Program-made: the position numbers and the translations under genes
Shown: one piece after another, positions 26,976 through 48,969 of the stretch
How the letters are laid out: the number at the start of each line of letters is the position of its first letter
Position numbering within the stretch: the first letter of the stretch is position 1
Notes under the pieces: generated by a model
The model's database searches: none
The model's input: only the letters and a program-made list of their open reading frames with translations
Told to the model about the DNA's origin: nothing
DNA from: Paragordius varius
Lineage: Eukaryota; Animalia; Nematomorpha
DNA: 64,000 nucleotides
Direction of reading: 5' to 3'
Assembly: GCA_964247055.1 (NCBI GenBank)
Contig: OZ176059.1
Location: 1,426,001-1,490,000, forward strand

Positions 26976-28046
26976 ATTATTATTATTATTATTATTATTA
27001 CATTACATGTTTTCACTCGTGAGAGTGGTCATGTTATACAACCCGTCTCGCCATAAAACTGTATCTATGGCATCCTCTGCATTAAGCTCGTATTCTGCTA
27101 GCTTTCTTTTTACTGTATCTATCCATTTCGTTTTAGGCCGCCCACGTCCTCGTTTTCACTCAACTATATGACTATCTATTATTTTTGCAATAAAATTAGA
27201 ATATCTCCTTTCAATGTGCCCGAACCAACGTAGCCTATTTTTTATTCTTTCCACTATTGGTTTAATATCTGTGCTCCCACGAATAAATCTATTCTCAATT
27301 CTGTCCTTTCTTGTTACCCCACACATCATTCTAAGCATTTTCATTTCAGTCACGTTAAAATGTCTTTCTTCGGATTTTTTGACACCCCACGTCTGTGAAT
27401 TATACATCATTGAGGGCTGAACAACTGAACTGTAAATCTTACCTTTCACTCTAACATCAATATTTCGATCGCATAATACGCTCGAAGTTTTCTTTCAATT
27501 TACCCAGCCGCTCTTTATTCTTAAATTATAATCATCGATTGAACCATCTGAACTTAACATAGCTCCCAAATATTTGCACTTTCTTTACCTTCAGGACCCA
27601 ACTATCATCAACTACCATTTCATGTTGTGGACCCCCAAAAGTAATAAGTTCGGTTTTTGCTTTGTTTACTTTCAGACCGTATTGATCCAGTATAACAACC
27701 CATCTGTTTACCGTTCGCTTTAACTCAATTAATGAATCAGACAAGATGATTATGTCATCTCCATACATTAAGTACCATCCTGAACTCACATTAACAACCT
27801 TGGCTACCTCGTTCATACAAATTATAAACAATAAGGGGCTGAGTGATGAGCCTTGGTAGACTCTATGCTTTATTGAAAAGGGCTCTGACAAACCTTGTGG
27901 GGTTTTAATCCTTAAGGTGTGGGATTCGTACATTATTTGTAACAATAACTTTCTGGCACCTTTTTACGACGGAGACTACACCGAATAGTTTCTCTAGGAA
28001 TCCTGTCAAACGCCTTCTCTATGTCAATTAAAACCCCGTGTAATTC
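26976..28046 (-). mobile_element. 5'-truncated RTE-clade LINE with (TAA)n tail
   Basis: LIDIEKAFDRIPR, QGSSLSPLLF, YGDD, YSSVVQPSMMYNSQTW, RLRWFGHIERR and RGRGRPK motifs; (TAA)n 3' tail at 26976-27000. Confidence 0.92.
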
Positions 28047-28101
28047 TTTCTTTTTTTCAATGTGATTAATTATAAAAGAATTACAATATAATTCTAATTT
28101 T

Positions 28102-28675
28102 TAGATGTGGGCTCCGAAAGTCGTAAATCATTTGCTTTTCTAACGGGTTATTTTTTTTAAATAAATGAAAAATTATTGGATAGCGCGATAAATTTAATAT
28201 ATGCTAAATTTCAATATCAAACAAAATTTTAAAAAAGTGCATACTTTTTGCAGAAATTTAACTATTAGCAAAATTTTATTCAAGCGTACTTACTTCAAAC
28301 TATTTTGAGGCATAATGGAAACGTAAACGCTTTAAATAATATAGAAACTTTCTATATTATTAGATGGTGCTGAAGATTACTATCATCTTAAAATTTTGAA
28401 AACATTTGTTTTTAAATTTATGTTTATAATAAGAATTGTTTTTTACAAAATTTGACCCAAAAATAAAAGCAAACCCTTCTAATTGAGTTTCTGTTGTGGG
28501 TGTTCGGCATAATTATTGTAGAAAAATGTTTTATATCTCATACGATTTTTATACCGTTTCCATCATGCCTTAAAATAGAAAGCGCTTCAACAAAATTTTC
28601 CTAAAAATATATTTAACAAAAGGGTAGTTTTTAAATATGTTTTTTAACACTTTGTTTCGATTAAGGGCATCTAAA
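28102..28675. repeat. Unclassified dispersed repeat (TAGATGTGGGCTCCGAAAGTC motif family)
   Basis: Homologous to ~57545-58550, ~32780-33200, ~55520-55780, ~25990-26050 and 63300-63520; contains the internal inverted pair GAGGCATAATGGAAAC / GTTTCCATCATGCCT. Confidence 0.6.
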
Positions 28676-29029
28676 TACGGATAAAAGTTGATATTTTGAA
28701 AATATTATATATTTTTAAATGAAATTCTATTTCAGGTCATTAATGCTATATAAGTAAGTGCAAACTTTTTCTATGGTTTCAATTCATTTTAAATTTTTTG
28801 AAGTATATAATTTTAAACAGGCCTGGTGTATTCAAATATCTTTAAATCGAAGGACTGAAATGAATGCGTTGTATTAAAAATTTAATACCATAAATTAGCC
28901 TATATTTATATCCTTAAATTTTCATTTATTTTACTCGATGACATTTTGGAATAGTTTTTTATCCCAGAGCTTAATAAATAAACTGTGTTTAGAAATTTGT
29001 TTTTGTAGCATATACATATTATTTCTTTG

Positions 29030-32000
29030 TAACATGTGACTTTTTTAGCGATTATATCAGCAACTAATCCTATATCATCTTATCCGTAGTATCATGGCGA
29101 CGACAAATTAGAAAACCACGCAAAAACGCCGATATTCAGTTGGACAACAGGAACTTTTCTATATGGTTATCTTTCGTCACAATGTTATTTAGCAACGTAC
29201 AGTAAAATTAACAAATGATTATCACCTAAAAACTAATGAATATTTAAATAAAAAAATGATTAGCACATGGTTAAAATATATGTTAAAATTTTAAGTAGTT
29301 ACAACACAAAGGATTCATCAAGGGTAGCATATGGTGTTCTTATGAATTGGTTCACGAATTCATTACACGCTTAAAAAAGAACACTGTTAGCTAATATAAT
29401 CGTTGAGAATAGTTTCGCAGGGTTTCAACTTCTGAGAAGATATCCCAGATCTGTATAATGTCCTAAAGATGAAATATTCTTATGACATGTTCAATGAAAT
29501 GCTTACCTATAAAATCGTTGAATTTGCGCCTACTTTAGAGCAAACAGTGAACGAGAGAACCCGCATAACCCAAGTTAATAAGATCCAAAGAAAGAAACAG
29601 TTCCTACGCTAATTATAACAATAAAATAATAGTTATATTAAAAAGAAATGTGGAAGTGCAACAGAACCCTTCGGCCCAACGACTGTCAAGCATTAAATAC
29701 CTATGTAGAATCTGCAAGAAATTGGGATATTTTATAGCGAAATGTCGCTCGATTTATGCATCAGTATTTTTGTGCACATTTAACTCCAGGCAAAAGGCCA
29801 TTCTAATTGTAATTAATAATAAAGAAATTTTCGCTTTCGACACTGGTGCTCAAGTCAGTTTGATGAACAAAGTCATGTTAGATTTATTGGCGCTTTCAAA
29901 CTATGTAGCGATAGATTAGTTTATAATAAACGAAATCAATATCTTAGGAGTTGCGCAACTCCAAATAACTGTCAACATGTATCGAGAACCGTGGAAGCAT
30001 GGGTAACAGCCGACACTAATACCTGTTCTTTGTTTGATTTACCGTGGATAGTTGCTTTTGATATCGTACTTTCCAAAATAAGTGCTATCAACCAAGTCGT
30101 AAACAACCATTAGTTGAAGTGGTCCTTGATCAATATCCTTCGTTGTTCGATAACTTCACACATTTATGTCGAACCGATGGAGCTGCAAATCGATTCTTTG
30201 GCGTCACCGAAACAAAACCCGACCAGAAGAGCACATTTCTTTCTTGGGACTGCGGAAGAGGACCTCCAACGTTTACAAAGCGCAGTCATTCACAAAGTCA
30301 ATCCTACGATAGAATACACCGCTTGGTCCATACCGGTGGTTTGTATGCAGAAAAAGGACGGATCTTTCCGTATTTGTGGGGATTATCGGGTGGCGTAATC
30401 CTGCACTGACGTCTGAATTTTATAATATGCCATATGATAATTAAGATCGGTGGAGATTAGTTCTTTGCAGTGGATCTCTGAGAAGCTTATCAAAAACCTA
30501 TCGATGAAGACACCGGGCGTTTGCTAGAGATATCTACGCACGTCGTTTCGCTACACACGATTAGCTTTTGGGTTATCGACGGCACCGGCAATTTTTCAAA
30601 GCTTGGTGGATGAAATCTTGAAAGAAATGCCGATGGCAGTTGTATATTTGGATGATATAATCATTTATCGAAATGATAAGTCGCAGCATAATAGAAACGT
30701 AATACGTTAAATTGCTAGGTTTGGGTTCAAAGTAAAAAAGTACAAGGTCCGTTTTGGGCTAAGGAGTATTGAATATTTGGGAATAATGATCGACGGAAAT
30801 GGTCTTCTTCCGACGGATGAAAAAATAAAGGCAATTAAACAAATTTAGCCTAGGCAACAATTAAAATGTCTATAATAAAATTACAACAAAGGTTCATTGC
30901 TATGCTATAGCAAATAGCCTACCCGTTGACTCAACTCCTGTAAAAGACCATTCGTTTGGACTAAATTACATGCGTTCAATAAGCTTATCGAAATCTCATC
31001 GCAAAGGAGACTTCGTTAAACATGCCTCTTACTGTTCGCGTACGTTATTGACAACGAAAAAGGCTTACTCTATTATGGAAAAAAAAGCAATCGTGTTTGC
31101 GGCAACTAAATCCCATCATTTATTTATGAAAGGAGGCTTTCATCAAAACAAACCCACAAACCGCTCGATAAGTTTTGGAATCAAACGCGACTTATCCAAA
31201 GTTTCGAATAATCGTTTCCACGTTTGGCTGGTCATTAATGGAGGATCTTAAGATCGAGTATTTAGCTGGCGGTAAAAATGTCATAGCGGATGCTTTGTCC
31301 AGATTACCATTACCGGGCAAACCTTCTACAGGAAATAAACCCGCATGCTGAAGGAGTTCTCAGAAGTATAACCTTAGATAGAATTAATTTATCAATCGAA
31401 AATCTACGTAAACGGTAAAATATCAGCATATAACAAATTGCTTTTAGTTGTTTCAAAATTCCAAAAGGCTTAACGCCTCTTAGTAAAAGCGCAATAAAAT
31501 TTGGGAGTCTGAAGTGGATATTCTTCTTCGATACGAAAGAATAATGATAAAACCCAAACTGAGAAACCAGTTTTTAGAAAATTTACATACAGGACATTCA
31601 GGTATTGTAGGGATGAAGGCGAAATCACGAAATTTAGTATGTTGGGAAGGTATAATGATATTGAAAACAGGGCGAAGCTCTGTGAACCCTGTCAAGTGAA
31701 CTGGGATGCCATATCAAGAGAAACAGGCAATCGGTCTACGGTATCCCGACCCTGGGAAAGGGTACAGATCGACTTTGCTGGAGCAATAAAAAATAAATGT
31801 TGATTGGGTCATCGATGCTTATTCGCGCTGGTTGGAAGTGGTAACTTTGACCTATATCACCACGGAAACGATAATCAATGCCCTTACCCCGTTATTCGAT
31901 CAATTCGGTGTTCCAGAACGATTAGTTTTGCTCAACGGTCCGAAACTCGCGTTCAGACAATTCGAAAGATTCTGTGAAGATCGTAACGACCAATAATTTA

Positions 32001-32220
32001 CACCACCCTATCCACCATAGTCAAACGGATTTGTCGGACAGGTCATATGGACCTAAGAACACACGTAAAAGCAAGCAGGTCTGCCAAAACAGATGCCAAG
32101 GTTATCAGGCAATCATCCCGTACCGGAGACACCGCAGGGACGGTCAAAGTCCGGGAAAAAGATTTTTGGGTAAGAGCCTAGAGAAAGTTTAGAACTTCTG
32201 AGGGCGAAGGCTAAAAGATT
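29030..32220 (+). mobile_element. Decayed Ty3/Gypsy LTR retrotransposon (gag-pol remnant)
   Basis: PBS TGGCGACGA (29095-29103); degenerate zinc knuckle CRICKKLGYFIAKC; protease DTG (29839-29847); RT KKDGSFRICGDYR and YLDD (30645-30656); RNaseH ADALSRLP; integrase LHTGHSG and PWERVQIDFAG in Gypsy order. Many stops and frameshifts. Confidence 0.92.
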
Positions 32221-34185
32221 TAACTTTTTTATATCGATCATATGAAAAATAATTCCATACTCTCATATCCGTATGGTATTCGTACCAGTTTTGGTTGCAA
32301 TTTAATTATGAAACCCTCTTCTTCTGTAGTAAAACTATTTTTTACAGTTTTCATAGCTTCTACAGTCCATAGCAAAACATTGAATCAAATAGCTAATATT
32401 AAACTCAATAAATATCGAAAATTTGATGGTATATTATAATTTAAAACCTTTCAAAGTTATTACTTAAATATTTGCAGCCATAATATATAGTTATTTGCCT
32501 GTTGCATTAACAATTTAATAGAATGAAGAAAAAATGACGGTAAAAAAGTTTAAAATGAGGATTTTTGTTATTTAACCCTTAAAAAAAGTTTTTTCGAAGC
32601 ATGCGCCAAAAAGGCTAAAGAAAGCATAATAAATTATTACATTTTCATTTTTTGCCTGCGATAACATTTTGGTATAACTTTATATACCAATGCTGAATCT
32701 TGTAAATAACATACTGTAATAATACTAAAAATATTTTTTAATATATTAAAATTTTAAATGCATCTAGGGCATAAAACTACCCTAAACATGAAGCGTTATC
32801 ATTTATCCAAAAATTTCGGCATCTTTCCGTAGATTTTAAAAGAGATAGCCCATTTTATTAGGCGGAAAAAATTTGGGACTTTCAGAGCTTACAACTAAAA
32901 ATTAAAATTTTATTAATACTTTTTGTACGTAGTTTATGGAACATTTTTTTAAAAACTTTTTTAATGCAGCATTAGCTTTCGTCAGAAACTTTTCATTTAA
33001 CAAATGTTACGCAAATTTCGTCATTTTCTGATATCGAGCACTTACCACAATGTTAAATTTTTAAAACACTCTTAAGGACCAAAATCATAATCACCACTAT
33101 CCTTATAGATCACCAGAATATTTTTAATTACCCCCCACCCTCTTCGATTTTGGACGCAGTTTAATGTATTTACATTTATGTTTTGTAAGTTTAGGAAATT
33201 CACAATTTCATTTTGTTCAATTAAATTTTTTAAATAATGCGCCTCGACCATCGAAAGCATACAAGAGGTAAAGGAGTAATAATCTAAATTTATAGTATTC
33301 GAATAAATGATATTTAATTATTAAATCAACAGAAAAACCCAGAAACCAAAATTAATAGTAGGATCTAGTATCAATTTATGAGGAAGATGACCAAAATCCA
33401 ATTTACACATTCTCTTCTAACCGAAATGTTTTTTCACACCACCTTATTTGAAATAGAGCTTTACTATATTTTTTCCTTTGAACGAAAAGAATAACATGAT
33501 TTAATCGATATGGTAACATAGGTGATTTGATATATTGTTTCAAATCGACGCTATAAATATAGAGTGACCTGTTTAGCGGCCACCCGATGATTAATTAAAG
33601 AAAGCGAGTGATCTGTTAATTTTACCTATATACAGATATCTAAACGCAATTATTGATCTCTAAAGTAGTTTTTCTGGAAAAAAAATAAACGTTATTTATG
33701 GGGGCATTACAAAGTTATCTTGAAATACAATGCGTGAAATATTAAAACTAGGATTGACAAGCTACAATGCGTTAATTAGTGGCGTATGTTAAATAGCAGG
33801 GCTCCAACATTCAGCATTAAATAACTACTAAAATTTTTGCATTTGTACTGGGTTACTATTTAATATAAGATAGCTTCAACTTGGAAAAATTGCTTCAAAT
33901 TTTGGGTGTTTAGGTTTTTTGAAAAAAATGCTTCTTTCGGACAGGGACTAATGGTTCAACTCATTCGTAAATAGTTCATTCAATTTTCAGCACGTTTTTT
34001 AAAAAATTGTTAGTCACTTTTGGCGAATATTTTTTAAAAACCCATTTTTATAAGGGCTGGGGTATAACTGGGAAGCTAAAAAAGTGACTCGATAAAGTTC
34101 GACGCATTTATAGAGAAGCTTTCATTATTTAATTTAAGAAACATATTCGAGGTGATTAATCCATAACCCCCTTTATATATTTTAA

Positions 34186-34220
<35 letters not shown>

Positions 34221-34480
34221 TACGATTTGGTCCAATTTTTATTAATTTACTGTAGAATAAGGCTAATTCTTTTTTTACCTTTATTACCGATATATGGGCT
34301 GAATTGATTACTCAAGAAATTTTGGCGCCTACACCGCAAGAAACCAATAATTATTAACATAATTATTTTAGTGGCATTTTTATAATAACTGATTTGTACA
34401 AGGTGTAAAGCATAGGAAATTTATTGTTATTTAGATTTTCTTCTGAATGCACCCTACATTCTGATAATAAAATACCGACA

Positions 34481-34525
<45 letters not shown>

Positions 34526-36489
34526 TAAATTTATCAGTAATGGTACAGGTTGCTAATGTTATGTGGATACATAAGTATAACCTTGCTAAAATATATTCAG
34601 ATAGACACGCTTCAGAATTATTGTTAATTTTAATTTTGGGACTTATGCGTCATTTAAGAAAGTCAAAACCACCACCCTCAATAACTCAGAAACGAATATT
34701 CACTAGAGCAGATGATGATATATCGTGTTTATGAGGGAAATTTTTATATATGTGAGCAAAAAAAGTATACACGAGATATGATTGGTGTATTGTATGGCAC
34801 TTTAAACTGTCACGCTTTAATAAGCAGTAAAACTAATATAAATATTCACTAGGTATCATTTATTAGAATATAATCATCATCATATATAAAAATTAAATAA
34901 TTATATCATGGATATTTAGGATAAAATTATATTGCAAGTAATGTATTAGGGCTAATATACATAATAAGTGTTTACAAATAAACGGAAAGGGCCGATGTAC
35001 AACAGTATGAAAGTGGCAAAAATTAAAAGATATTTTACTTTGTATTGAAAAAACTAATATAAACGAAATCATCTATTTTTTGGTATGTAGATCGAAGTGG
35101 GTGTAATATACGGTGCTGGATTATACAAAAGCAATTGAGGTTGTAATTTCTTAAACAAATAAAATGGTAGAAAATCAATGTATTTAACAATAATGATTTT
35201 AAGTTGTGTAGATATTTGCAAATGAGACAACAAACACAGTTAATGTGTGTTTGCGTTTTAACTTGGGTCTATTTTGGTTGCTTTGGTTATGAAATCACTA
35301 ATAATCGTAATTATGTACCAAAAAAGTCATTATTAGTTACATGACATATAAATGCAAACAGTTAATTAAAGTTGGGGGCGACATTAAGCGGTTGTATTTT
35401 AGAAAGAAATACAATAAATATCTTGATTTAATTTACAATTTTAATCCTAATAATATGGAGCATATCCTTTTTGTAACGTTAAGTTTGGCCTGCCTGAATG
35501 TTCACGCTACTCACCATATCTTTATAGAACACCATTTTTGTGCATTAAACTAAATTAGCTTTGATATATAGAGTTAAAAAATCCACCCACTTGAATAAAA
35601 AATAGTTAATTTCGTTTATATTAATTTTCTATTTTAGTTTGAAGTTGAGAAGTTTTCCACAAATTAGCTTTGATAAACTCCTGCTAAATATTCAATATAA
35701 TACGTATATAAGCCAGATGATTACATTGTATTTGAAGAAGAACTGTAGTTATTAATGGATTTCAATATCCATTTATAATGGCATACGCCAAAATTGCTTA
35801 ATTATTGATGTATGTAATATCTTAGAAAGCGTACAATAATATAACAAGAATATATATTTATAAACATATTTATATATATAGTTTAAAAATAAATAGTAAA
35901 AAATGTAAATTATATATATATATATATAATATACTGAAAAGACATTGCACATTTTTAGATCAATCACCAAACCAAAAGAGAGTTAATAACACTTTAATTT
36001 TTTGAAAAAATGAATGCGGATAATTTTCCCCCAAAAGTATCATTGGTTAATCATTTTTTTGATGAGATAGTAATTAAAAATGTTTGGTTAACTAACATAC
36101 TGTGTTATATTGGGTAATATATGCTCTTACATGATTCAAATAATATATCCATGATTAACCATTTAATATTGAATAATGGCTTAAGTTGACGTAAAAAATG
36201 GAAAAATAAAATAATGTAAAAGTAGCAAAAACAAGGTATAAATAAAAAATGTCTAACAAATATATATTATAATCAATCAGGGCGAAGTCAAAATTAGATT
36301 AAAGCCTGAAGAAAAAGTGATTTGGGGTTAAACGTTATAATTTGGTTTTAATAACCGTTTAAAACGAATATATATTGAATTGCAATCTTTCCGCCACGAT
36401 TTGACACACAAAAATTAAGCGATTTTGGGTTATATTTTACAAAATTTTATACATACATACAACATACTTATTATAGAAGGTGTAAAAAT

Positions 36490-36529
<40 letters not shown>

Positions 36530-36852
36530 GTATTATGATTGAAAAAAATATTACATACGTGTATAACAAATAAAGAAAAATTATGGGTAGTATACATACA
36601 GTAAAAAAGCATAATAACAACAAATGTTTGCGCGTAAAAAACAGCTGTAATGACCGACCATGATGCCGCGATAGAGGTCACATATAATGCAGTAAGTACA
36701 AAGAAAATTATTTAATTTGCAGTTTTAAGAGGGTCTTTTGTTGCGCCTCATATTTAAATTTCCCAAGGAGTTGTTAGTTATAGATGGTTTTTTAGGGGCT
36801 ATAAAAATGTTAGGAATTAAGATTTTTTTTCTCGCTCTAGGAAATATATGAT

Positions 36853-45316
<8,464 letters not shown>

Positions 45317-45747
45317 TGGCTGCCGCCTATAATATAGATATATAAAATGCGTACATGCAATAATTATATTTTTAGATCAAATATTCTTGTTTTGTAGTAA
45401 ATTTCATCCTTCTTAGGTTGAAGGAAAATGAGTGTTTTTTTGTTTAAACTTTTTGGTACCTTAAAATTTTTAAGGCGGTTATTTAGAGTTAGAAAAAATG
45501 GGAAACCAAAGTTTAAAAATATATTTTTTTTTCAAAGTTTAAAACAGGAAATACAGTTATAGACACAGAAAATTTTGAAATTCATGAGTGAAAGGCATAA
45601 CATAATTGTTTCAAGTATATAAAAAATTATATGTAAATATTGATTTTTTTTGACTATTTTTAAAGTATGTTTGACGATTTCGTAATAGGCAATTGAAAAT
45701 TATGAACTTTAACTTGTAAATTTATATAATTTAGGTTATTCCATGAA

Positions 45748-46257
45748 CACTTCGCAAATTGAGCTATTCAAATACCCCGGACAATTAAGTTGATAAAAAA
45801 ATTAATGAAAGTAACGGTTCAATTTTAAATTCTATTCTATTTTAATTTTTTATAATTGAGACAAAATATCTAAATAAAATTTAGTTTTGGAAAAAATTTG
45901 TATCTGTACGCTATATTTATTTTACAAAACTTTTAGAAAACGTATTAATTTATACTTTTTTATTAAAATCACATTTAACATTGATATTAACAGAAAATGT
46001 GGTAAATTTTGCATTATTTTTATATTTAACTTATGGACACATGCCCTGTTGGCTAAATTATTTTTAGTTTTTACATCACGAGTAATTATCAAGTATTTTT
46101 GACTGAATTTTTTATAAGATTTATTAATGTTATATAAGTGCAAACTTTTGCCATGGTTTCAAATAATATTTTTTAAAATATTTAATTTTAAACAAACCTG
46201 AGGTATCTAACTACCCCAATTTGAATCGAAGGGACATGAATTAATTACATCCAAGTA
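45748..46257. mobile_element. TTAA-specific MITE, copy 3 (older)
   Basis: TGAA|CACTTCG...CCAAGTA|TTAA, colinear with 12872-13454. Confidence 0.7.
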
Positions 46258-47091
46258 TTAAAACTTATATACTCTTTCATCGGTGACAACATTAAATAAA
46301 TTTTTATATGGGCATATGAATATGAATTTGTCTAATCATGGAATATTTAGAAAGCGGTAATAACATTTTTTAATTAAGGAAATTATCAAATAAACTGTAA
46401 ATATGTTAACCATCTTTTTGTGTGCCAAAAAAATGAGTTGATTATAATTTCAAAATTATTTTAAAATCTTATATTGCCCTATTTCGTATTGGTTATAAAA
46501 ATATTTCCATATATGGTAAAAAAATTTACATTCTATTTGATGGCCCTAAACTCTTTATCAATTTATATATTGTCAATTATTATACTAAAATGATATTTTC
46601 TAAAGTTTCGAAATTCAACCACCAAATTGATTCAAAGACTAACGATACCGTTTAATATTTTTTTAAAAAAACGCAGTGTATATATAAAAACTATCAATGA
46701 ACTTTTAATTAATATTAAGTAAATAAACTTTATGATAACTGTTTTAAGGAATATTATCTGGAGGTAAATCTGAAAAAAAAAATTATAAAAATAGGGACAA
46801 CTCTTTTATGACAAAAAAATATATGACTTAAACTTATGTTTAAGATCGTTATTCGAATAAAACTTCACCATATCGATTTCGAATATATATACAACTTTGC
46901 AATTTTTGGTATAAATGCAGTTGGTAATAAGAATTTAAATTTAATTTATTGGACGGAAAATTTGAAAATAAACTGAAAATTAACTTTAGGTGAGCCTAGA
47001 TTTAGAGTATAGCTACTTAGGGATTTCATAGAAATCAATTTAATAACTAAGAAGCACTATATTTTGATAAGAAACATAAGAAAAAGACGAT

Positions 47092-47376
47092 ATTATAATG
47101 ATAAATAACGGATTGGTTATGTTTTGTAATAACAGTTGTTAAAATCCGTAATATAACGATAAAGGTTAATCAAATAGAATTTAAGTCAAATAGTTGTGTC
47201 GTACTGATGAGTGCTAACAAGCACAAACTAGTCTGCGATTACTAATGACAAAGGGTTTCACATATCGTTTATAATTTCTATTTATACTTTCATTCAATTC
47301 TATTTAATTAACCTTTATCGTTATATTACGGATTTTAACAGTTATTACAACCAATCCGTTATTTACCATTACAATA
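47092..47376. repeat. ~85-bp inverted repeat with a ~115-bp spacer containing a degenerate hammerhead-like motif
   Basis: 47092-47181 is the near-perfect reverse complement of 47296-47376; CTGATGA plus hairpin at 47204-47228. Confidence 0.75.
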
Positions 47377-47549
47377 TTTTATTAGTCTCCAACCGTCAGA
47401 AACATTTATCCTTCCATCCTTTTTAAAATAATATAGTAAAAAAATAAAAAAATATCCATCTATCTATCTATCACAAGTGGCTTTTAAATATAAAAATTGA
47501 TCAATTTTTTGTCTAAAACAATGTTAAAGTTTTAATAAAGTTAGCTCAC

Positions 47550-47741
47550 CTCCCTTAAATAACATTTGCTGGAAAACAATTATATATAAATATATTTAAA
47601 AATTAAATTGGAATAACACACTTACTTTTTAGGATAATATGGCGTAAATTGTATAGATATTCCCTTTCATCATCATTGGTTATAATATTAATTGGCTAGT
47701 GTGAGTGTGCGTGTTTGTTTTAATGAAAAGTTTTTTGAAAC
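47550..47741 (-). other. Candidate non-coding 5' exons of GNAQ (47626-47741 and a 19-nt micro-exon 47550-47568)
   Basis: Splice-like signals TTTTAG|...|GTAAGT and TTTTCCAG|...GAG|GTGAG, plus an unexplained acceptor TTATAG| 10 nt before the GNAQ ATG. No transcript evidence. Confidence 0.35.
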
Positions 47742-48931
47742 CTAAAATAAATTAAAAATTAAAGTCAGTAAAATATCAAAAAAAAAATTTTTAATACATA
47801 AATGAGTGATTTTGTGTTAGCAAAAAAGGTTTGAAAAATATCGAGACACCATGCGCCTGACTGAAAAAAGTGAAAATAGAAGTATTTTTATTAGATAATC
47901 AAACCCAATTAATTTGTCTAAGATAGTTAAAAAATAAATATTGTAACGTTTACGCTGGAAAATTAGTCCCTTACTTCTTTATGAAAAAAATACTATGTTA
48001 TTAAAATTTCAACAAACACATTTTATTTTCAAAGAAATGTTTTAAACAATAATTGCTAGCATTAACTGGTGCAAAAACCATACATAGTAAATTATAAATC
48101 AAGTAAACAAATTGCGCGTTTCAAAATGCATGCGTAACCGTAAGTTTAATCGCTTTTAGGAATAACCAGTAAATTACCCTATAATAGGTTTTTTGTTTAA
48201 TTTTAATTTCGTTTTTTATTTAGTTATTTGGTTACAACATTGTATTTTGTTGTATCAGAAGTCGTTAAATCGGTTAAAATTTTGTGTGCGGCCAAAAAAA
48301 CAATGCTGTGAATAAAAATTTTTCCTCTTTGTTTTTAAATATTGGTCATAAGGAATAGAACAACACACACCCAAACAAAATAAAGTACATCGTTCAAATT
48401 AATTTTAATAATTAATGTTAAATAAACATCAATAAATGAATTTTTCAATAATAATAATATATGTAAACATATGTGTTTTAGGATTTTTGACTGGTTTCCC
48501 CGAATAATTTCAATTTTTACTAATATTTATTTTAACAATTTTTTGCTAGGTGTATTGCCCAAATTTCGGAGAAATATTTATTAAAAATTATGTTTTAGAA
48601 AAAATGCGTTTTGTAAAAATTTAACATTTGAAATATTTCATAAACCGCAGAAATATGTTGGATGGGCGCCTCTGATGAACATTCCCACCCCCTGTATTAA
48701 ATTAATGATCAATCATTTATAATTATTTTTATGTTTCCACATTAACTTACATATAAAAGAAATATCACTTTAATACTTTTTTACACAATTCGTAAATTGT
48801 AGTAAACCCAAGTTTATGCGCGTTGGTTTTAACATAAATTTTTCACATGTGTGCACAGCATAAAAACACTATATACATAAAAAATGGTAAATATTTTATT
48901 AATTATATATATATACATATTCAAACGATGA

Positions 48932-48969
<38 letters not shown>

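Noticed and set aside
32255-32300. 3' LTR of the Gypsy element
   Set aside because: Only ~15 nt of loose similarity to the region before the PBS, with no PPT or TSD identified.
34500-35560. Short ORFs (34540-34734, 35341-35553) as an extra gene or alternative GNAQ terminal exons
   Set aside because: No recognisable motifs, no DTENI-like duplicate exon and no consistent splice chain; more likely UTR or intergenic.
36430-36681. Hydrophobic ORF resembling a BAP31-like transmembrane N-terminus
   Set aside because: It starts at GTG with no in-frame ATG, runs into a (TA)n tract, has no downstream exons that I could find, and lies ~170 nt past the GNAQ stop, so it is probably 3'UTR.
48671-48690. 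Other CTGATGA motifs (also ~24069) as hammerheads
   Set aside because: No stem II, GAAA or stem III follows.
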